A stretch of DNA of 64,000 bases from Eledone cirrhosa (GCA_964016885.1 OZ024761.1:8928001-8992000), one strand, 5' to 3'; counted from the stretch's first letter, positions 1 through 14,769 are shown. Numbers and translations: made by a program. Notes: a model not told the origin generated them from the sequence alone.

Positions 1-3000
1 TGATGTACTTGAGATGTTGTTTGTCAGGGTGCAGTGAGCCTTCCATCCGATGTACTTGAGATGTTGTTTGTCAGGGTGCAGTGAGCCTTCCATCCGATGT
101 ACTTGAGATGTTGTTTGTCAGGGTGCAGTGAGCCTTCCATCCGATGTACTTGAGATGTTGTTTGTCAGGGTGCAGTGAGCCTTCCATCCGATGTACTTGA
201 GATGTTGTATGTCAGGGTGCAGTGAGCCTCCCATCTGATGTACTTGAGATGTGTGTCAGGGTGCAGTGAGCCTTCCATCTTATGTACTTGAGATGTTGTG
301 TGTCAGAGAGCAGTGAGCCTCCCATCTGATGTACTTGAGATGTTGTGTGTCAGAGAGCAGTGAGCCTTCCATCCGATGTACTTGAGATGTTGTTTGTCAG
401 GGTGCAGTGAGCCTCCCATCTGATGTACTTGAGATGTTGTGTGTCAGGGTGCAGTGAGCCTTCCATCTGATATACTTGAGATGTTGTTTGTCAGAGGGCA
501 GTGAGCCTTCCATCTGATATACTTGAGATGTTGTTTGTCAGGGTGCAGTGAGCCTTCCATCCGATGTACTTGAGATGTTGTTTGTCAGGGTGCAGTGAGC
601 CTTCCATCCGATGTACTTGAGATGTTGTTTGTCAGGGTGCAGTGAGCCTTCCATCTGATGTACTTGAGATGTTGTTTGTCAGGGTGCAGTGAGCCTTCCA
701 TCTGATATACTTGAGATGTTGTTTGTCAGGGTGCAGTGAGCCTTCCATCTGATATACTTGAGATTTTGTTTGTCAGGGTGCAGTGAGCCTCCCATCTGAT
801 GTACTTGAGATGTTGTTTGTCAGGGTGCAGTGAGCCTTCCATCCGATGTACTTGAGATGTTGTTTGTCAGGGTGCAGTGAGCCTTCCATCCGATGTACTT
901 GAGATGTTGTTTGTCAGGGTGCAGTGAGCCTTCCATCCGATGTACTTGAGATGTTGTTTGTCAGGGTGCAGTGAGCCTTCCATCCGATGTACTTGAGATG
1001 TTGTTTGTTAGGGTGCAGTGAGCCTTCCATCTGATGTACTTGAGATGTTGTTTGTCAGGGTGCAGTGAGCCTTCCATCCGATGTACTTGAGATGTTGTTT
1101 GTCAGGGTGCAGTGAGCCTTCCATCTGATGTACTTGAGATATTGTGTGTCAGAGAGCAGTGAGCCTTCCATCTGATGTACTTGAGATGTTGTTTGTCAGG
1201 GTGCAGTGAGCCTTCCATCTGATGTACTTGAGATATTGTGTGTCAGAGAGCAGTGAGCCTTCCATCTGATGTACTTGAGATGTTGTGTGTCAGGGTGCAG
1301 TGAGCCTTCCATCCGATGTACTTGAGATGTTGTTTGTCAGGGTGCAGTGAGCCTTCCATCTGATGTACTTCAGATATTGTGAGTCAGAGAGCAGTGAGCC
1401 TTCCATCTGATGTACTTGAGATGTTGTTTGTCAGGGTGCAGTGAGCCTTCCATCTGATGTACTTGAGATGTTGTGTGTCAGGGTGCTGTGTGCCTCCCAT
1501 CTGATGTACTTGAGATGTTGTTTGTCAGGGTGCAGTGAGCCTCCCATCTGATGTACTTGAGATGTTGTATGTCAGGGTGCAGTGAGCCTTCCATCTGATG
1601 TACTTGAGATGTTGTTTGTCAGGGTGCAGTGAGCCTTCCATCCGATGTACTTGAGATGTTGTTTGTCAGGGTGCAGTGAGCCTTCCATCCGATGTACTTG
1701 AGATGTTGTTTGTCAGGGTGCAGTGAGCCTTCCATCCGATGTACTTGAGATGTTGTTTGTCAGGGTGCAGTGAGCCTTCCATCTGATGTACTTGAGATGT
1801 TGTGTGTCAGAGAGCAGTGAGCCTTCCATCTGATGTACTTGAGATGTTGTGTGTCAGGGTGCAGTGAGCCTTCCATCCGATGTACTTGAGATGTTGTTTG
1901 TCAGGGTGCAGTGAGCCTTCCATCTGATGTACTTGAGATATTGTGTGTCAGAGAGCAGTGAGCCTTCCATCTGATGTACTTGAGATGTTGTTTGTCAGGG
2001 TGCAGTGAGCCTTCCATCTGATGTACTTGAGATATTGTGTGTCAGAGAGCAGTGAACCTTCCATCTGATGTACTTGAGATATTGTGTGTCAGGGTGCAGT
2101 GAGCCTTCCATCCGATGTACTTGAGATGTTGTTTGTCAGGGTGCAGTGAGTCTTCCATCCGATGTACTTGAGATGTTGTGTGTCAGGGTGCAGTGAGCCT
2201 TCCATCCGATGTACTTGAGATGTTGTTTGTCAGGGTGCAGTGAGCCTTCCATCTGATGTACTTGAGATGTTGTTTGTCAGGGTGCAGTGAGCCTTCCATC
2301 TGATGTACTTGAGATGTTGTGTGTCAGGGTGCAGTGAGCCTTCCATCTGATGTACTTGAGATGTTGTGTGTCAGGGTGCAGTGAGCCTTCCATCTGATGT
2401 ACTTGAGATGTTGTGTGTCAGGGTGCAGTGAGCCTTCCATCTGATGTACTTGAGATGTTGTGTGTCAGAGGGCAGTGAGCCTTCCATCTGATGTACTTGA
2501 GATGTTGTTTGTCAGGGTGCAGTGAGCCTTCCATCAAATGTACTTGAGATGTTGTGTGTCAGAGGGCAGTGAGCCTTCCATCTGATGTACTTGAGATGTT
2601 GTGTGTCAGGGTGCAGTGAGCCTTCCATCTGATGTACTTGAGATGTTGTGTGTCAGAGGGCAGTGAGCCTCCCATCTGATGTACTTGAGATGTTGTGTGT
2701 CAGGGTGCAGTGAGCCTTCCATCTGATGTACTTGAGTTGTTGTGTGTCAGGGTGCAGTGAGCCTTCCATCTGATGTACTTGAGATGTTGTGTGTTAGGGT
2801 GCAGTGAGCCTTCCATCTGATGTACTTGAGATGTTGTATGTCAGAGGGCAGTGAGCCTTCCATCTGATGTACTTGAGATGTTGTGTGTCAGGGTGCAGTG
2901 AGCCTTCCATCTGATGTACTTGAGATGTTGTGTGTCAGAGAGCAGTGAGTCTCCCATCTGATGTACTTGAGATGTTGTTTGTCAGGGTGCAGTGAGCCTC

Positions 3001-6000
3001 CCATCTGATGTACTTGAGATGTTGTATGTCAGGGTGCAGTGAGCCTTCCATCTGATGTACTTGAGATGTTGTGTGTCAGGGTGCAGTGAGCCTTCCATCT
3101 GATGTACTTGAGATGTTGTGTGTCAGGGTGCAGTGAGCCTTCCATCTGATGTACTTGAGATGTTGTGTGTCAGGGTGCAGTGAGCCTCCCATCTGATGTA
3201 CTTGAGATGTTGTGTGTCAGGGTGCAGTGAGCCTCCCATCTGATGTACTTGAGATGTTGTGTGTCAGAGGGCAGTGAGCCTTCCATCTGATGTACTTGAG
3301 ATGTTGTGTGTCAGGGTGCAGTGAGCCTTCCATCTGATGTACTTGAGATGTTGTGTGTCAGGGTGCAGTGAGCCTTCCATCTGATGTACTTGAGATGTTG
3401 TGTGTCAGGGTGCAGTGAGCCTCCCATCTGATGTACTTGAGATGTTGTGTGTCAGAGGGCAGTGAGCCTTCCATCTGATGTACTTGAGATGTTGTGTGTC
3501 AGGGTGCAGTGAGCCTCCCATCTGATGTACTTGAGATGTTGTGTGTCAGAGGGCAGTGAGCCTTCCATCTGATGTACTTGAGATGTTGTGTGTTAGGGTG
3601 CAGTGAGCTTTCCATCCGATGTACTTGAGATGTTGTATGTCAGAGGGCAGTGAGCCTCCCATCTGATGTACTTGAGATATTGTGTGTCAGAGAGCAGTGA
3701 GCCTTCCATCTGATGTACTTGAGATGTTGTGTGTCAGAGAGCAGTGAGCCTCCCATCTGATGTACTTGAGATGTTGTGTGTCAGAGAGCAGTGAGCCTTC
3801 CATCTGATATACTTGAGATGTTGTTTGTCAGGATGCAGTGAGCCTTCCATCTGATGTACTTGAGATGTTGTATGTCAGAGGGCAGTGAGCCTTCCATCTG
3901 ATGTACTTGAGATGTTGTGTGTCAGGGTGCAGTGAGCCTCCCATCTGATGTACTTGAGATGTTGTGTGTCAGAGAGCAGTGAGCCTTCCATCTGATGTAC
4001 TTGAGATATTGTGTGTCAGAGAGCAGTGAGCCTTCCATCTGATGTACTTGAGATGTTGTGTGTCAGAGAGCAGTGAGCCTCCCATCTGATGTACTTGAGA
4101 TGTTGTGTGTCAGAGAGCAGTGAGCCTTCCATCTGATGTACTTGAGATGCTGTGTGTCAGGGTGCAGTGAGCCTTCCATCTGATGTACTTGAGATGTTGT
4201 GTGTCAGGGTGCAGTGAGCCTTCCATCTGATGTACTTGAGATGTTGTGTGTCAGAGAGCAGTGAGCCTTCCATCTGATGTACTTGAGATGTTGTGTGTCA
4301 GAGAGCAGTGAGCCTTCCATCTGATGTACTTGAGATGTTGTGTGTCAGGGTGCAGTGAGCCTTCCATCTGATGTACTTGAGATGTTGTGTGTCAGAGAGC
4401 AGTGAGCCTTCCATCTGATGTACTTGAGATGTTGTGTGTCAGGGTGCAGTGAGCCTTCCATCTGATGTACTTGAGATGTTGTGTGTCAGGGTGCAGTGAG
4501 CCTTCCATCTGATGTACTTGAGATGTTATGTGTCAGAGAGCAGTGAGCCTCCCATCTGATGTACTTGAGATGTTGTGTGTCAGGGTGCAGTGAGCCTTCC
4601 TTCTGATGTACTTGAGATGTTGTGTGTCAGAGAGCAGTGAGCCTTCCATCTGATGTACTTGAGATGTTGTGTGTCAGAGAGCAGTGAGCCTTCCATCTGA
4701 TGTACTTGAGATGTTGTGTGTAAGGGTGCAGTGAGCCTTCCATCTGATGTACTTGAGATGTTGTGTGTCAGAGAGCAGTGAGCCTTCCATCTGATGTACT
4801 TGAGATGTTGTGTGTCAGAGAGCAGTGAGCCTCCCATCTGATGTACTTGAGATATTGTGTGTCAGAGAGCAGTGAGCCTTCCATCTGATGTACTTGAGAT
4901 ATTGTGTGTCAGAGAGCAGTGAGCCTCCCATCTGATGTACTTGAGATGTTGTGTGTCAGAGGGCAGTGAGCCTTCCATCTGATGTACTTGAGATATTGTG
5001 TGTCAGGGTGCAGTGAGCCTCCCATCTGATGTACTTGAGATGTTGTGTGTCAGGGTGCAGTGAGCCTCCCATCTGATGTACTTGAGATATTGTGTGTCAG
5101 GGTGCAGTGAGCCTCCCATCTGATGTACTTGAGATGTTGTGTGTCCGGGTGCAGTGAGCCTCTCATCTGATGTACTTGAGATGTTGTGTGTTCGGGTGCA
5201 GTGAGCCTCCCATCTGATGTACTTGAGATGTTGTGTGTCAGGGTGCAGTGAGCCTCCCATCTGATGTACTTGAGATGTTGTGTGTCAGGGTGCATTGAGC
5301 CTCCCATCTGATGTACTTGAGATGTTGTGTGTCAGGGTGCAGTGAGCCTCCCATCTGATGTACTTGAGATGTTGTGTGTCAGGGTGCAGTGAGCCTCCCA
5401 TCTGATGTACTTGAGATGTTGTTTGTCAGAGAGCAGTGAGCCTCCCATCTGATGTACTTGAGATGTTGTGTGTCAGGGTGCAGTGAGCCTCCCATCTGAT
5501 GTACTTGAGATGTTGTGTGTCAGGGTGCAGTGAGCCTCCCATCTGATGTACTTGAGATGTTGTTTGTCAGGGTGCAGTGAGCCTCCCATCTGATGTACTT
5601 GAGATGTTGTTTGTCAGGGTGCAGTGAGCCTCCCATCTGATGTACTTGAGATGTTGTGTGTCAGGGTGCAGTGAGCCTCCCATCTGATGTACTTGAGATG
5701 TTGTTTGTCAGGGTGCAGTGAGCCTCCCATCTGATGTACTTGAGATGTTGTTTGTCAGGGTGCAGTGAGCCTTCCATCTGATGTACTTGAGATGTTGTGT
5801 GTCAGGGTGCAGTGAGCCTCCCATCTGATGTACTTGAGATGTTGTTTGTCAGGGTGCAGTGAGCCTTCCATCTGATGTACTTGAGATGTTGTGTGTCAGG
5901 GTGCAGTGAGCCTTCCATCTGATGTACTTGAGATGTTGTGCGTCAGAGGGCAGTGAGCCTCCCATCTGATGTACTTGAGATGTTGTGTGTCAGGGTGCAG

Positions 6001-9000
6001 TGAGCCTTCCATCTGATGTACTTGAGATGTTGTGTGTCAGGGTGCAGTGAGCCTTCCATCTGATGTACTTGAGATGTTGTGTGTCAGGGTGCAGTGAGCC
6101 TCCCATCTGATGTACTTGAGATGTTGTGTGTCAGGGTGCAGTGAGCCTCCCATCTGATGTACTTGAGATGTTGTGTGTCAGAGGGCAGTGAGCCTCCCAT
6201 CTGATGTACTTGAGATGTTGTGTGTCAGAGGGCAGTGAGCCTTCCATCTGATGTACTTGAGATGTTGTGTGTCAGAGGGCAGTGAGCCTCCCATCTGATG
6301 TATTTGAGATGTTGTGTGTCAGGGTGCAGTGAGCCTTCCATCCGATGAACTTGAGATGTTGTGTGTCAGGGTGCAGTGAGCCTCCCATCTGATGTACTTG
6401 AGATGTTGTGTGTCAGGGTGCAGTGACCCTCCCATCTGATGTACTTGAGATGTTGTGTGTCAGAGGGCAGTGAGCCTTCCATCTGATGTACTTGAGATGT
6501 GTGTCAGAGGGCAGTGAGCCTCCCATCTGATGTACTTGAGATGTTGTATGTCAGAGGGCAGTGAGCCTTCCATCTGATGTACTTGAGATGTTGTGTGTCA
6601 GAGGGCAGTGAGCCTCCCATCTGATGTACTTGAGATGTGTGTGTCAGAGAGCAGTGAGCCTTCCATCTGATGTACTTGAGATATTGTGTGTCAGAGAGCA
6701 GTGAGCCTTCCATCTGATGTACTTGAGATGTTGTGTGTCAGAGGGCAGTGAGCCTTCCATCTGATGTACTTGAGATATTGTGTGTCAGAGAGCAGTGAGC
6801 CTTCCATCTGATGTACTTGAGATGTTGTGTGTCAGAGGGCAGTGAGCCTTCCATCTGATGTACTTGAGATGTTGTGTGTCAGAGGGCAGTGAGCCTTCCA
6901 TCTGATGTACTTGAGATGTTGTGTGTCAGAGGGCAGTGAGCCTCCCATCTGATGTACTTGAGATGTTGTATGTCAGAGGGCAGTGAGCCTTCCATCTGAT
7001 GTACTTGAGGTGTTGTGTGTCAGAGGGCAGTGAGCCTCCCATCTGATGTACTTGAGATGTTGTGTGTCAGGGTGCAGTGAGCCTTCCATCTGATGTACTT
7101 GAGATGTTGTGTGTCAGGGTGCAGTGCGCCTTCCATCTGATGTACTTGAGATGTTGTGTGTCAGAGGGCAGTGAGCCTTCCATCTGATGTACTTGAGATG
7201 TTGTGTGTCAGGGTGCAGTGAGCCTTCCATCTGATGTACTTGAGATGTTGTGTGTCAGGGTGCAGTCAGCCTTCCATCTGATGTACTTGAGATGTTGTGT
7301 GTCAGGGTGCAGTGAGCCTTCCATCTGATGTACTTGAGATGTTGTGTGTCAGAGGGCAGTGAGCCTTCCATCTGATGTACTTGAGATATTGTTTGTCAGG
7401 GTGCAGTGAGCCTCCCATCTGATGTACTTGAGATGTTGTGTGTCAGAGGGCAGTGAGCCTTCCATCTGATGTACTTGAGATGTTGTGTGTCAGGGTGCAG
7501 TGAGCCTCCCATCTGATGTACTTGAGATGTTGTGTGTCAGAGGGCAGTGAGCCTTCCATCTGATGTACTTGAGATGTTGTGTGTTAGGGTGCAGTGAGCT
7601 TTCCATCCGATGTACTTGAGATGTTGTATGTCAGAGGGCAGTGAGCCTCCCATCTGATGTACTTGAGATATTGTGTGTCAGAGAGCAGTGAGCCTTCCAT
7701 CTGATGTACTTGAGATGTTGTGTGTCAGAGAGCAGTGAGCCTCCCATCTGATGTACTTGAGATGTTGTGTGTCAGAGAGCAGTGAGCCTTCCATCTGATA
7801 TACTTGAGATGTTGTTTGTCAGGGTGCAGTGAGCCTTCCATCTGATGTACTTGAGATGTTGTATGTCAGAGGGCAGTGAGCCTTCCATCTGATGTACTTG
7901 AGATGTTGTGTGTCAGGGTGCAGTGAGCCTCCCATCTGATGTACTTGAGATGTTGTGTGTCAGAGAGCAGTGAGCCTTCCATCTGATGTACTTGAGATAT
8001 TGTGTGTCAGAGAGCAGTGAGCCTTCCATCTGATGTACTTGAGATGTTGTGTGTCAGAGAGCAGTGAGCCTCCCATCTGATGTACTTGAGATGTTGTGTG
8101 TCAGAGAGCAGTGAGCCTTCCATCTGATGTACTTGAGATGCTGTGTGTCAGGGTGCAGTGAGCCTTCCATCTGATGTACTTGAGATGTTGTGTGTCAGGG
8201 TGCAGTGAGCCTTCCATCTGATGTACTTGAGATGTTGTGTGTCAGAGAGCAGTGAGCCTTCCATCTGATGTACTTGAGATGTTGTGTGTCAGAGAGCAGT
8301 GAGCCTTCCATCTGATGTACTTGAGATGTTGTGTGTCAGGGTGCAGTGAGCCTTCCATCTGATGTACTTGAGATGTTGTGTGTCAGAGAGCAGTGAGCCT
8401 TCCATCTGATGTACTTGAGATGTTGTGTGTCAGGGTGCAGTGAGCCTTCCATCTGATGTACTTGAGATGTTGTGTGTCAGGGTGCAGTGAGCCTTCCATC
8501 TGATGTACTTGAGATGTTATGTGTCAGAGAGCAGTGAGCCTCCCATCTGATGTACTTGAGATGTTGTGTGTCAGGGTGCAGTGAGCCTTCCTTCTGATGT
8601 ACTTGAGATGTTGTGTGTCAGAGAGCAGTGAGCCTTCCATCTGATGTACTTGAGATGTTGTGTGTCAGAGAGCAGTGAGCCTTCCATCTGATGTACTTGA
8701 GATGTTGTGTGTAAGGGTGCAGTGAGCCTTCCATCTGATGTACTTGAGATGTTGTGTGTCAGAGAGCAGTGAGCCTTCCATCTGATGTACTTGAGATGTT
8801 GTGTGTCAGAGAGCAGTGAGCCTCCCATCTGATGTACTTGAGATATTGTGTGTCAGAGAGCAGTGAGCCTTCCATCTGATGTACTTGAGATATTGTGTGT
8901 CAGAGAGCAGTGAGCCTCCCATCTGATGTACTTGAGATGTTGTGTGTCAGAGGGCAGTGAGCCTTCCATCTGATGTACTTGAGATATTGTGTGTCAGGGT

Positions 9001-12000
9001 GCAGTGAGCCTCCCATCTGATGTACTTGAGATGTTGTGTGTCAGGGTGCAGTGAGCCTCCCATCTGATGTACTTGAGATATTGTGTGTCAGGGTGCAGTG
9101 AGCCTCCCATCTGATGTACTTGAGATGTTGTGTGTCCGGGTGCAGTGAGCCTCTCATCTGATGTACTTGAGATGTTGTGTGTTCGGGTGCAGTGAGCCTC
9201 CCATCTGATGTACTTGAGATGTTGTGTGTCAGGGTGCAGTGAGCCTCCCATCTGATGTACTTGAGATGTTGTGTGTCAGGGTGCATTGAGCCTCCCATCT
9301 GATGTACTTGAGATGTTGTGTGTCAGGGTGCAGTGAGCCTCCCATCTGATGTACTTGAGATGTTGTGTGTCAGGGTGCAGTGAGCCTCCCATCTGATGTA
9401 CTTGAGATGTTGTTTGTCAGAGAGCAGTGAGCCTCCCATCTGATGTACTTGAGATGTTGTGTGTCAGGGTGCAGTGAGCCTCCCATCTGATGTACTTGAG
9501 ATGTTGTGTGTCAGGGTGCAGTGAGCCTCCCATCTGATGTACTTGAGATGTTGTTTGTCAGGGTGCAGTGAGCCTCCCATCTGATGTACTTGAGATGTTG
9601 TTTGTCAGGGTGCAGTGAGCCTCCCATCTGATGTACTTGAGATGTTGTGTGTCAGGGTGCAGTGAGCCTCCCATCTGATGTACTTGAGATGTTGTTTGTC
9701 AGGGTGCAGTGAGCCTCCCATCTGATGTACTTGAGATGTTGTTTGTCAGGGTGCAGTGAGCCTTCCATCTGATGTACTTGAGATGTTGTGTGTCAGGGTG
9801 CAGTGAGCCTCCCATCTGATGTACTTGAGATGTTGTTTGTCAGGGTGCAGTGAGCCTTCCATCTGATGTACTTGAGATGTTGTGTGTCAGGGTGCAGTGA
9901 GCCTTCCATCTGATGTACTTGAGATGTTGTGCGTCAGAGGGCAGTGAGCCTCCCATCTGATGTACTTGAGATGTTGTGTGTCAGGGTGCAGTGAGCCTTC
10001 CATCTGATGTACTTGAGATGTTGTGTGTCAGGGTGCAGTGAGCCTTCCATCTGATGTACTTGAGATGTTGTGTGTCAGGGTGCAGTGAGCCTCCCATCTG
10101 ATGTACTTGAGATGTTGTGTGTCAGAGAGCAGTGAGCCTCCCATCTGATGTACTTGAGATATTGTGTGTCAGAGAGCAGTGAGCCTTCCATCTGATGTAC
10201 TTGAGATATTGTGTGTCAGAGAGCAGTGAGCCTCCCATCTGATGTACTTGAGATGTTGTGTGTCAGAGGGCAGTGAGCCTTCCATCTGATGTACTTGAGA
10301 TATTGTGTGTCAGGGTGCAGTGAGCCTCCCATCTGATGTACTTGAGATGTTGTGTGTCAGGGTGCAGTGAGCCTCCCATCTGATGTACTTGAGATATTGT
10401 GTGTCAGGGTGCAGTGAGCCTCCCATCTGATGTACTTGAGATGTTGTGTGTCCGGGTGCAGTGAGCCTCTCATCTGATGTACTTGAGATGTTGTGTGTTC
10501 GGGTGCAGTGAGCCTCCCATCTGATGTACTTGAGATGTTGTGTGTCAGGGTGCAGTGAGCCTCCCATCTGATGTACTTGAGATGTTGTGTGTCAGGGTGC
10601 ATTGAGCCTCCCATCTGATGTACTTGAGATGTTGTGTGTCAGGGTGCAGTGAGCCTCCCATCTGATGTACTTGAGATGTTGTGTGTCAGGGTGCAGTGAG
10701 CCTCCCATCTGATGTACTTGAGATGTTGTTTGTCAGAGAGCAGTGAGCCTCCCATCTGATGTACTTGAGATGTTGTGTGTCAGGGTGCAGTGAGCCTCCC
10801 ATCTGATGTACTTGAGATGTTGTGTGTCAGGGTGCAGTGAGCCTCCCATCTGATGTACTTGAGATGTTGTTTGTCAGGGTGCAGTGAGCCTCCCATCTGA
10901 TGTACTTGAGATGTTGTTTGTCAGGGTGCAGTGAGCCTCCCATCTGATGTACTTGAGATGTTGTGTGTCAGGGTGCAGTGAGCCTCCCATCTGATGTACT
11001 TGAGATGTTGTTTGTCAGGGTGCAGTGAGCCTCCCATCTGATGTACTTGAGATGTTGTTTGTCAGGGTGCAGTGAGCCTTCCATCTGATGTACTTGAGAT
11101 GTTGTGTGTCAGGGTGCAGTGAGCCTCCCATCTGATGTACTTGAGATGTTGTTTGTCAGGGTGCAGTGAGCCTTCCATCTGATGTACTTGAGATGTTGTG
11201 TGTCAGGGTGCAGTGAGCCTTCCATCTGATGTACTTGAGATGTTGTGCGTCAGAGGGCAGTGAGCCTCCCATCTGATGTACTTGAGATGTTGTGTGTCAG
11301 GGTGCAGTGAGCCTTCCATCTGATGTACTTGAGATGTTGTGTGTCAGGGTGCAGTGAGCCTTCCATCTGATGTACTTGAGATGTTGTGTGTCAGGGTGCA
11401 GTGAGCCTCCCATCTGATGTACTTGAGATGTTGTGTGTCAGGGTGCAGTGAGCCTCCCATCTGATGTACTTGAGATGTTGTGTGTCAGAGGGCAGTGAGC
11501 CTCCCATCTGATGTACTTGAGATGTTGTGTGTCAGAGGGCAGTGAGCCTTCCATCTGATGTACTTGAGATGTTGTGTGTCAGAGGGCAGTGAGCCTCCCA
11601 TCTGATGTATTTGAGATGTTGTGTGTCAGGGTGCAGTGAGCCTTCCATCCGATGAACTTGAGATGTTGTGTGTCAGGGTGCAGTGAGCCTCCCATCTGAT
11701 GTACTTGAGATGTTGTGTGTCAGGGTGCAGTGAGCCTCCCATCTGATGTACTTGAGATGTTGTGTGTCAGAGGGCAGTGAGCCTTCCATCTGATGTACTT
11801 GAGATGTGTGTCAGAGGGCAGTGAGCCTCCCATCTGATGTACTTGAGATGTTGTATGTCAGAGGGCAGTGAGCCTTCCATCTGATGTACTTGAGATGTTG
11901 TGTGTCAGAGGGCAGTGAGCCTCCCATCTGATGTACTTGAGATGTGTGTGTCAGAGAGCAGTGAGCCTTCCATCTGATGTACTTGAGATATTGTGTGTCA

Positions 12001-13922
12001 GAGAGCAGTGAGCCTTCCATCTGATGTACTTGAGATGTTGTGTGTCAGAGGGCAGTGAGCCTTCCATCTGATGTACTTGAGATATTGTGTGTCAGAGAGC
12101 AGTGAGCCTTCCATCTGATGTACTTGAGATGTTGTGTGTCAGAGGGCAGTGAGCCTTCCATCTGATGTACTTGAGATGTTGTGTGTCAGAGGGCAGTGAG
12201 CCTTCCATCTGATGTACTTGAGATGTTGTGTGTCAGAGGGCAGTGAGCCTCCCATCTGATGTACTTGAGATGTTGTATGTCAGAGGGCAGTGAGCCTTCC
12301 ATCTGATGTACTTGAGGTGTTGTGTGTCAGGGTGCAGTGAGCCTTCCATCTGATGTACTTGAGATGTTGTGTGTCAGGGTGCAGTGCGCCTTCCATCTGA
12401 TGTACTTGAGATGTTGTGTGTCAGAGGGCAGTGAGCCTTCCATCTGATGTACTTGAGATGTTGTGTGTCAGGGTGCAGTGAGCCTTCCATCTGATGTACT
12501 TGAGATGTTGTGTGTCAGGGTGCAGTCAGCCTTCCATCTGATGTACTTGAGATGTTGTGTGTCAGGGTGCAGTGAGCCTTCCATCTGATGTACTTGAGAT
12601 GTTGTGTGTCAGAGGGCAGTGAGCCTTCCATCTGATGTACTTGAGATATTGTTTGTCAGGGTGCAGTGAGCCTCCCATCTGATGTACTTGAGATGTTGTG
12701 TGTCAGAGGGCAGTGAGCCTCCCATCTGATGTACTTGAGATGTTGTGTGTCAGAGGGCAGTGAGCCTTCCATCTGATGTACTTGAGATGTTGTGTGTCAG
12801 AGGGCAGTGAGCCTCCCATCTGATGTACTTTAGATGTGTGTGTCAGAGAGCAGTGAGCCTTCCATCTGATGTACTTGAGATATTGTGTGTCAGAGAGCAG
12901 TGAGCCTTCCATCTGATGTACTTGAGATGTTGTGTGTCAGAGGGCAGTGAGCCTTCCATCTGATGTACTTGAGATATTGTGTGTCAGAGAGCAGTGAGCC
13001 TTCCATCTGATGTACTTGAGATGTTGTGTGTCAGAGGGCAGTGAGCCTCCCATCTGATGTACTTGAGATGTTGTGTGTCAGGGTGCAGTGAGCCTTCCAT
13101 CTGATGTACTTGAGATGTTGTGTCTCAGGGTGCAGTGAGCCTCCCATCTGATGTACTTGAGATGTTGTCTGTCAGGGTGCAGTGAGCCTTCCATCTGATG
13201 TACTTGAGATGTTGTGTGTCAGGGTGCAGTGAGCCTCCCATCTGATGTACTTGAGATGTTGTGTGTCAGGGTGCAGTGAGCCTTCCATCTGATGTACTTG
13301 AGATGTTGTGTGTCAGGGTGCAGTGAGCCTCCCATCTGATGTACTTGAGATGTTGTGTGTCAGGGTGCAGTGAGCCTTCCATCTGATATACTTGAGATCT
13401 TGTGTGTCAGGGTGCAGTGAGCCTTCCATCTGATGTACTTGAGATGTTGTGTGTCAGGGTGCAGTGAGCCTCCCATCTGATGTACTTGAGATGTTGTGTG
13501 TCAGAGAGCAGTGAGCCTCCTATCTGATGTACTTGAGATGTTGTGTGTCAGAGAGCAGTGAGCCTTCTATCCGATGTACTTGAGATGTTGTTTGTCAGGG
13601 TGCAGTGAGCCTCCCATCTGATGTACTTGAGATGTTGTGTGTCAGGGTGCAGTGAGCCTCCCATCTGATGTACTTGAGATGTTGTGTGTCAGGGTGCAGT
13701 GAGCCTTCCATCTGATGTACTTGAGATGTTGTGTGTCAGGGTGCAGTGAGCCTTCCATCTGATGTACTTGAGATGTTGTTTGTCAGGGTGCAGTGAGCCT
13801 CCCATCTGATGTACTTGAGATGTTGTTTGTCAGGGTGCAGTGAGCCTCCCATCTGATGTACTTGAGATGTTGTTTGTCAGGGTGCAGTGAGCCTCCCATC
13901 TGATGTACTTGAGATGTTGTGC
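1..13922. repeat. 47-bp satellite array (~296 units, runs off the left edge), probably inside a large PC intron
   Basis: Unit TGATGTACTTGAGATGTTGTGTGTCAGGGTGCAGTGAGCCTTCCATC repeated head-to-tail. Variant sites are GGGTG/GAGAG/GAGGG, CTTCC/CTCCC and TGTG/TTTG. Minus-strand ORFs here are repeat artefacts. Confidence 0.98.
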
Positions 13923-13973
13923 TTAGATGAAGTTTTGTAGAACCAGAGGTGGTTTTTTTTTATTGGTTGGTAT

Positions 13974-14296
13974 CAAACTACCTGCATCAGTTGTTAGCTG
14001 TCGAGACACTGCATCATTTAAAACCTCCATGGAACAAACTACCTGCATCAGTTGTTAGCTGCCGAGACACTGCATCCTGTAAAACTTCCATGCTTCCTGA
14101 GATTTGCCAACACTACACCTGATATCCTCTCTCCATACACACGCACACATGTATATCATGACTCATACACTGTTCATTTTCCTGTTATTTGTACATTATT
14201 CTATGTACTAAACATGCACCTTTGATGAGTTGTAGTGCACCTGAGCACTGTACACAATAATTTCATTACTATTATCATTATTATTATTGTTATTAT
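13974..14296 (+). mobile_element. CR1-like LINE 3' end with (TTA)n tail
   Basis: Encodes WNKLPASVVSCRDTAS-like RT C-terminus with a short internal duplication. Matches the copies at ~57995-58351, 60730 and 63470. Confidence 0.7.
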
Positions 14297-14421
14297 AAAA
14301 TAATGGTAGTGTCTATAGACATATTCTACCATACCTATCATATCATTTTCTTTGTCCGAAAGACGCAAGATCTCAAATGAAACCACTTGTAATGCAAATA
14401 AATGTTTCTAATTTATTCCAG

Positions 14422-14646
14422 ATAAAAGTCGTCCAAATGGCTGGCGAACAGTTTTGCTTCAAGAAGGACCAGAGGGTTTCGCCAAGAAAGTCCGTGAAAA
14501 CAAGGGACTTCTGTTGATGGACACCACATTCCGAGATGCTCATCAATCTCTACTTGCCACTAGGGTCCGAACGAGGGACCTTTTAAACATTTCACCATTT
14601 GTTGCACACAATTTTAACCAATTCTACAGTTTAGAGAACTGGGGAG
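14422..14646 (+). CDS. PC: Pyruvate carboxylase exon (first in window; start of CT domain)
   Basis: ttccag acceptor and gtaag donor. Encodes [45 protein letters not shown]...ENWG, including the CT signature [11 protein letters not shown]. Confidence 0.96.
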
Positions 14647-14769
14647 GTAAGATGTTTTGATTTATTTATTTCTATATCTTTTTTTTTTATGTGAGAAATT
14701 GGCAAAAATCCAAACCATTTTACCTAGAATTTGAAGTTGGTGAAAATTATCAAAATGTTGTCCTGATTA

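Noticed and set aside
4580-12912. 69-85 aa minus-strand ORFs
   Set aside because: Translations of the 47-bp repeat opened by rare variants.
1-13922. CRISPR-like array or repeated hammerhead (CTGATG in every unit)
   Set aside because: No unique spacers. CTGATG is followed by TA rather than A, and there is no GAAA, so this is a plain satellite.
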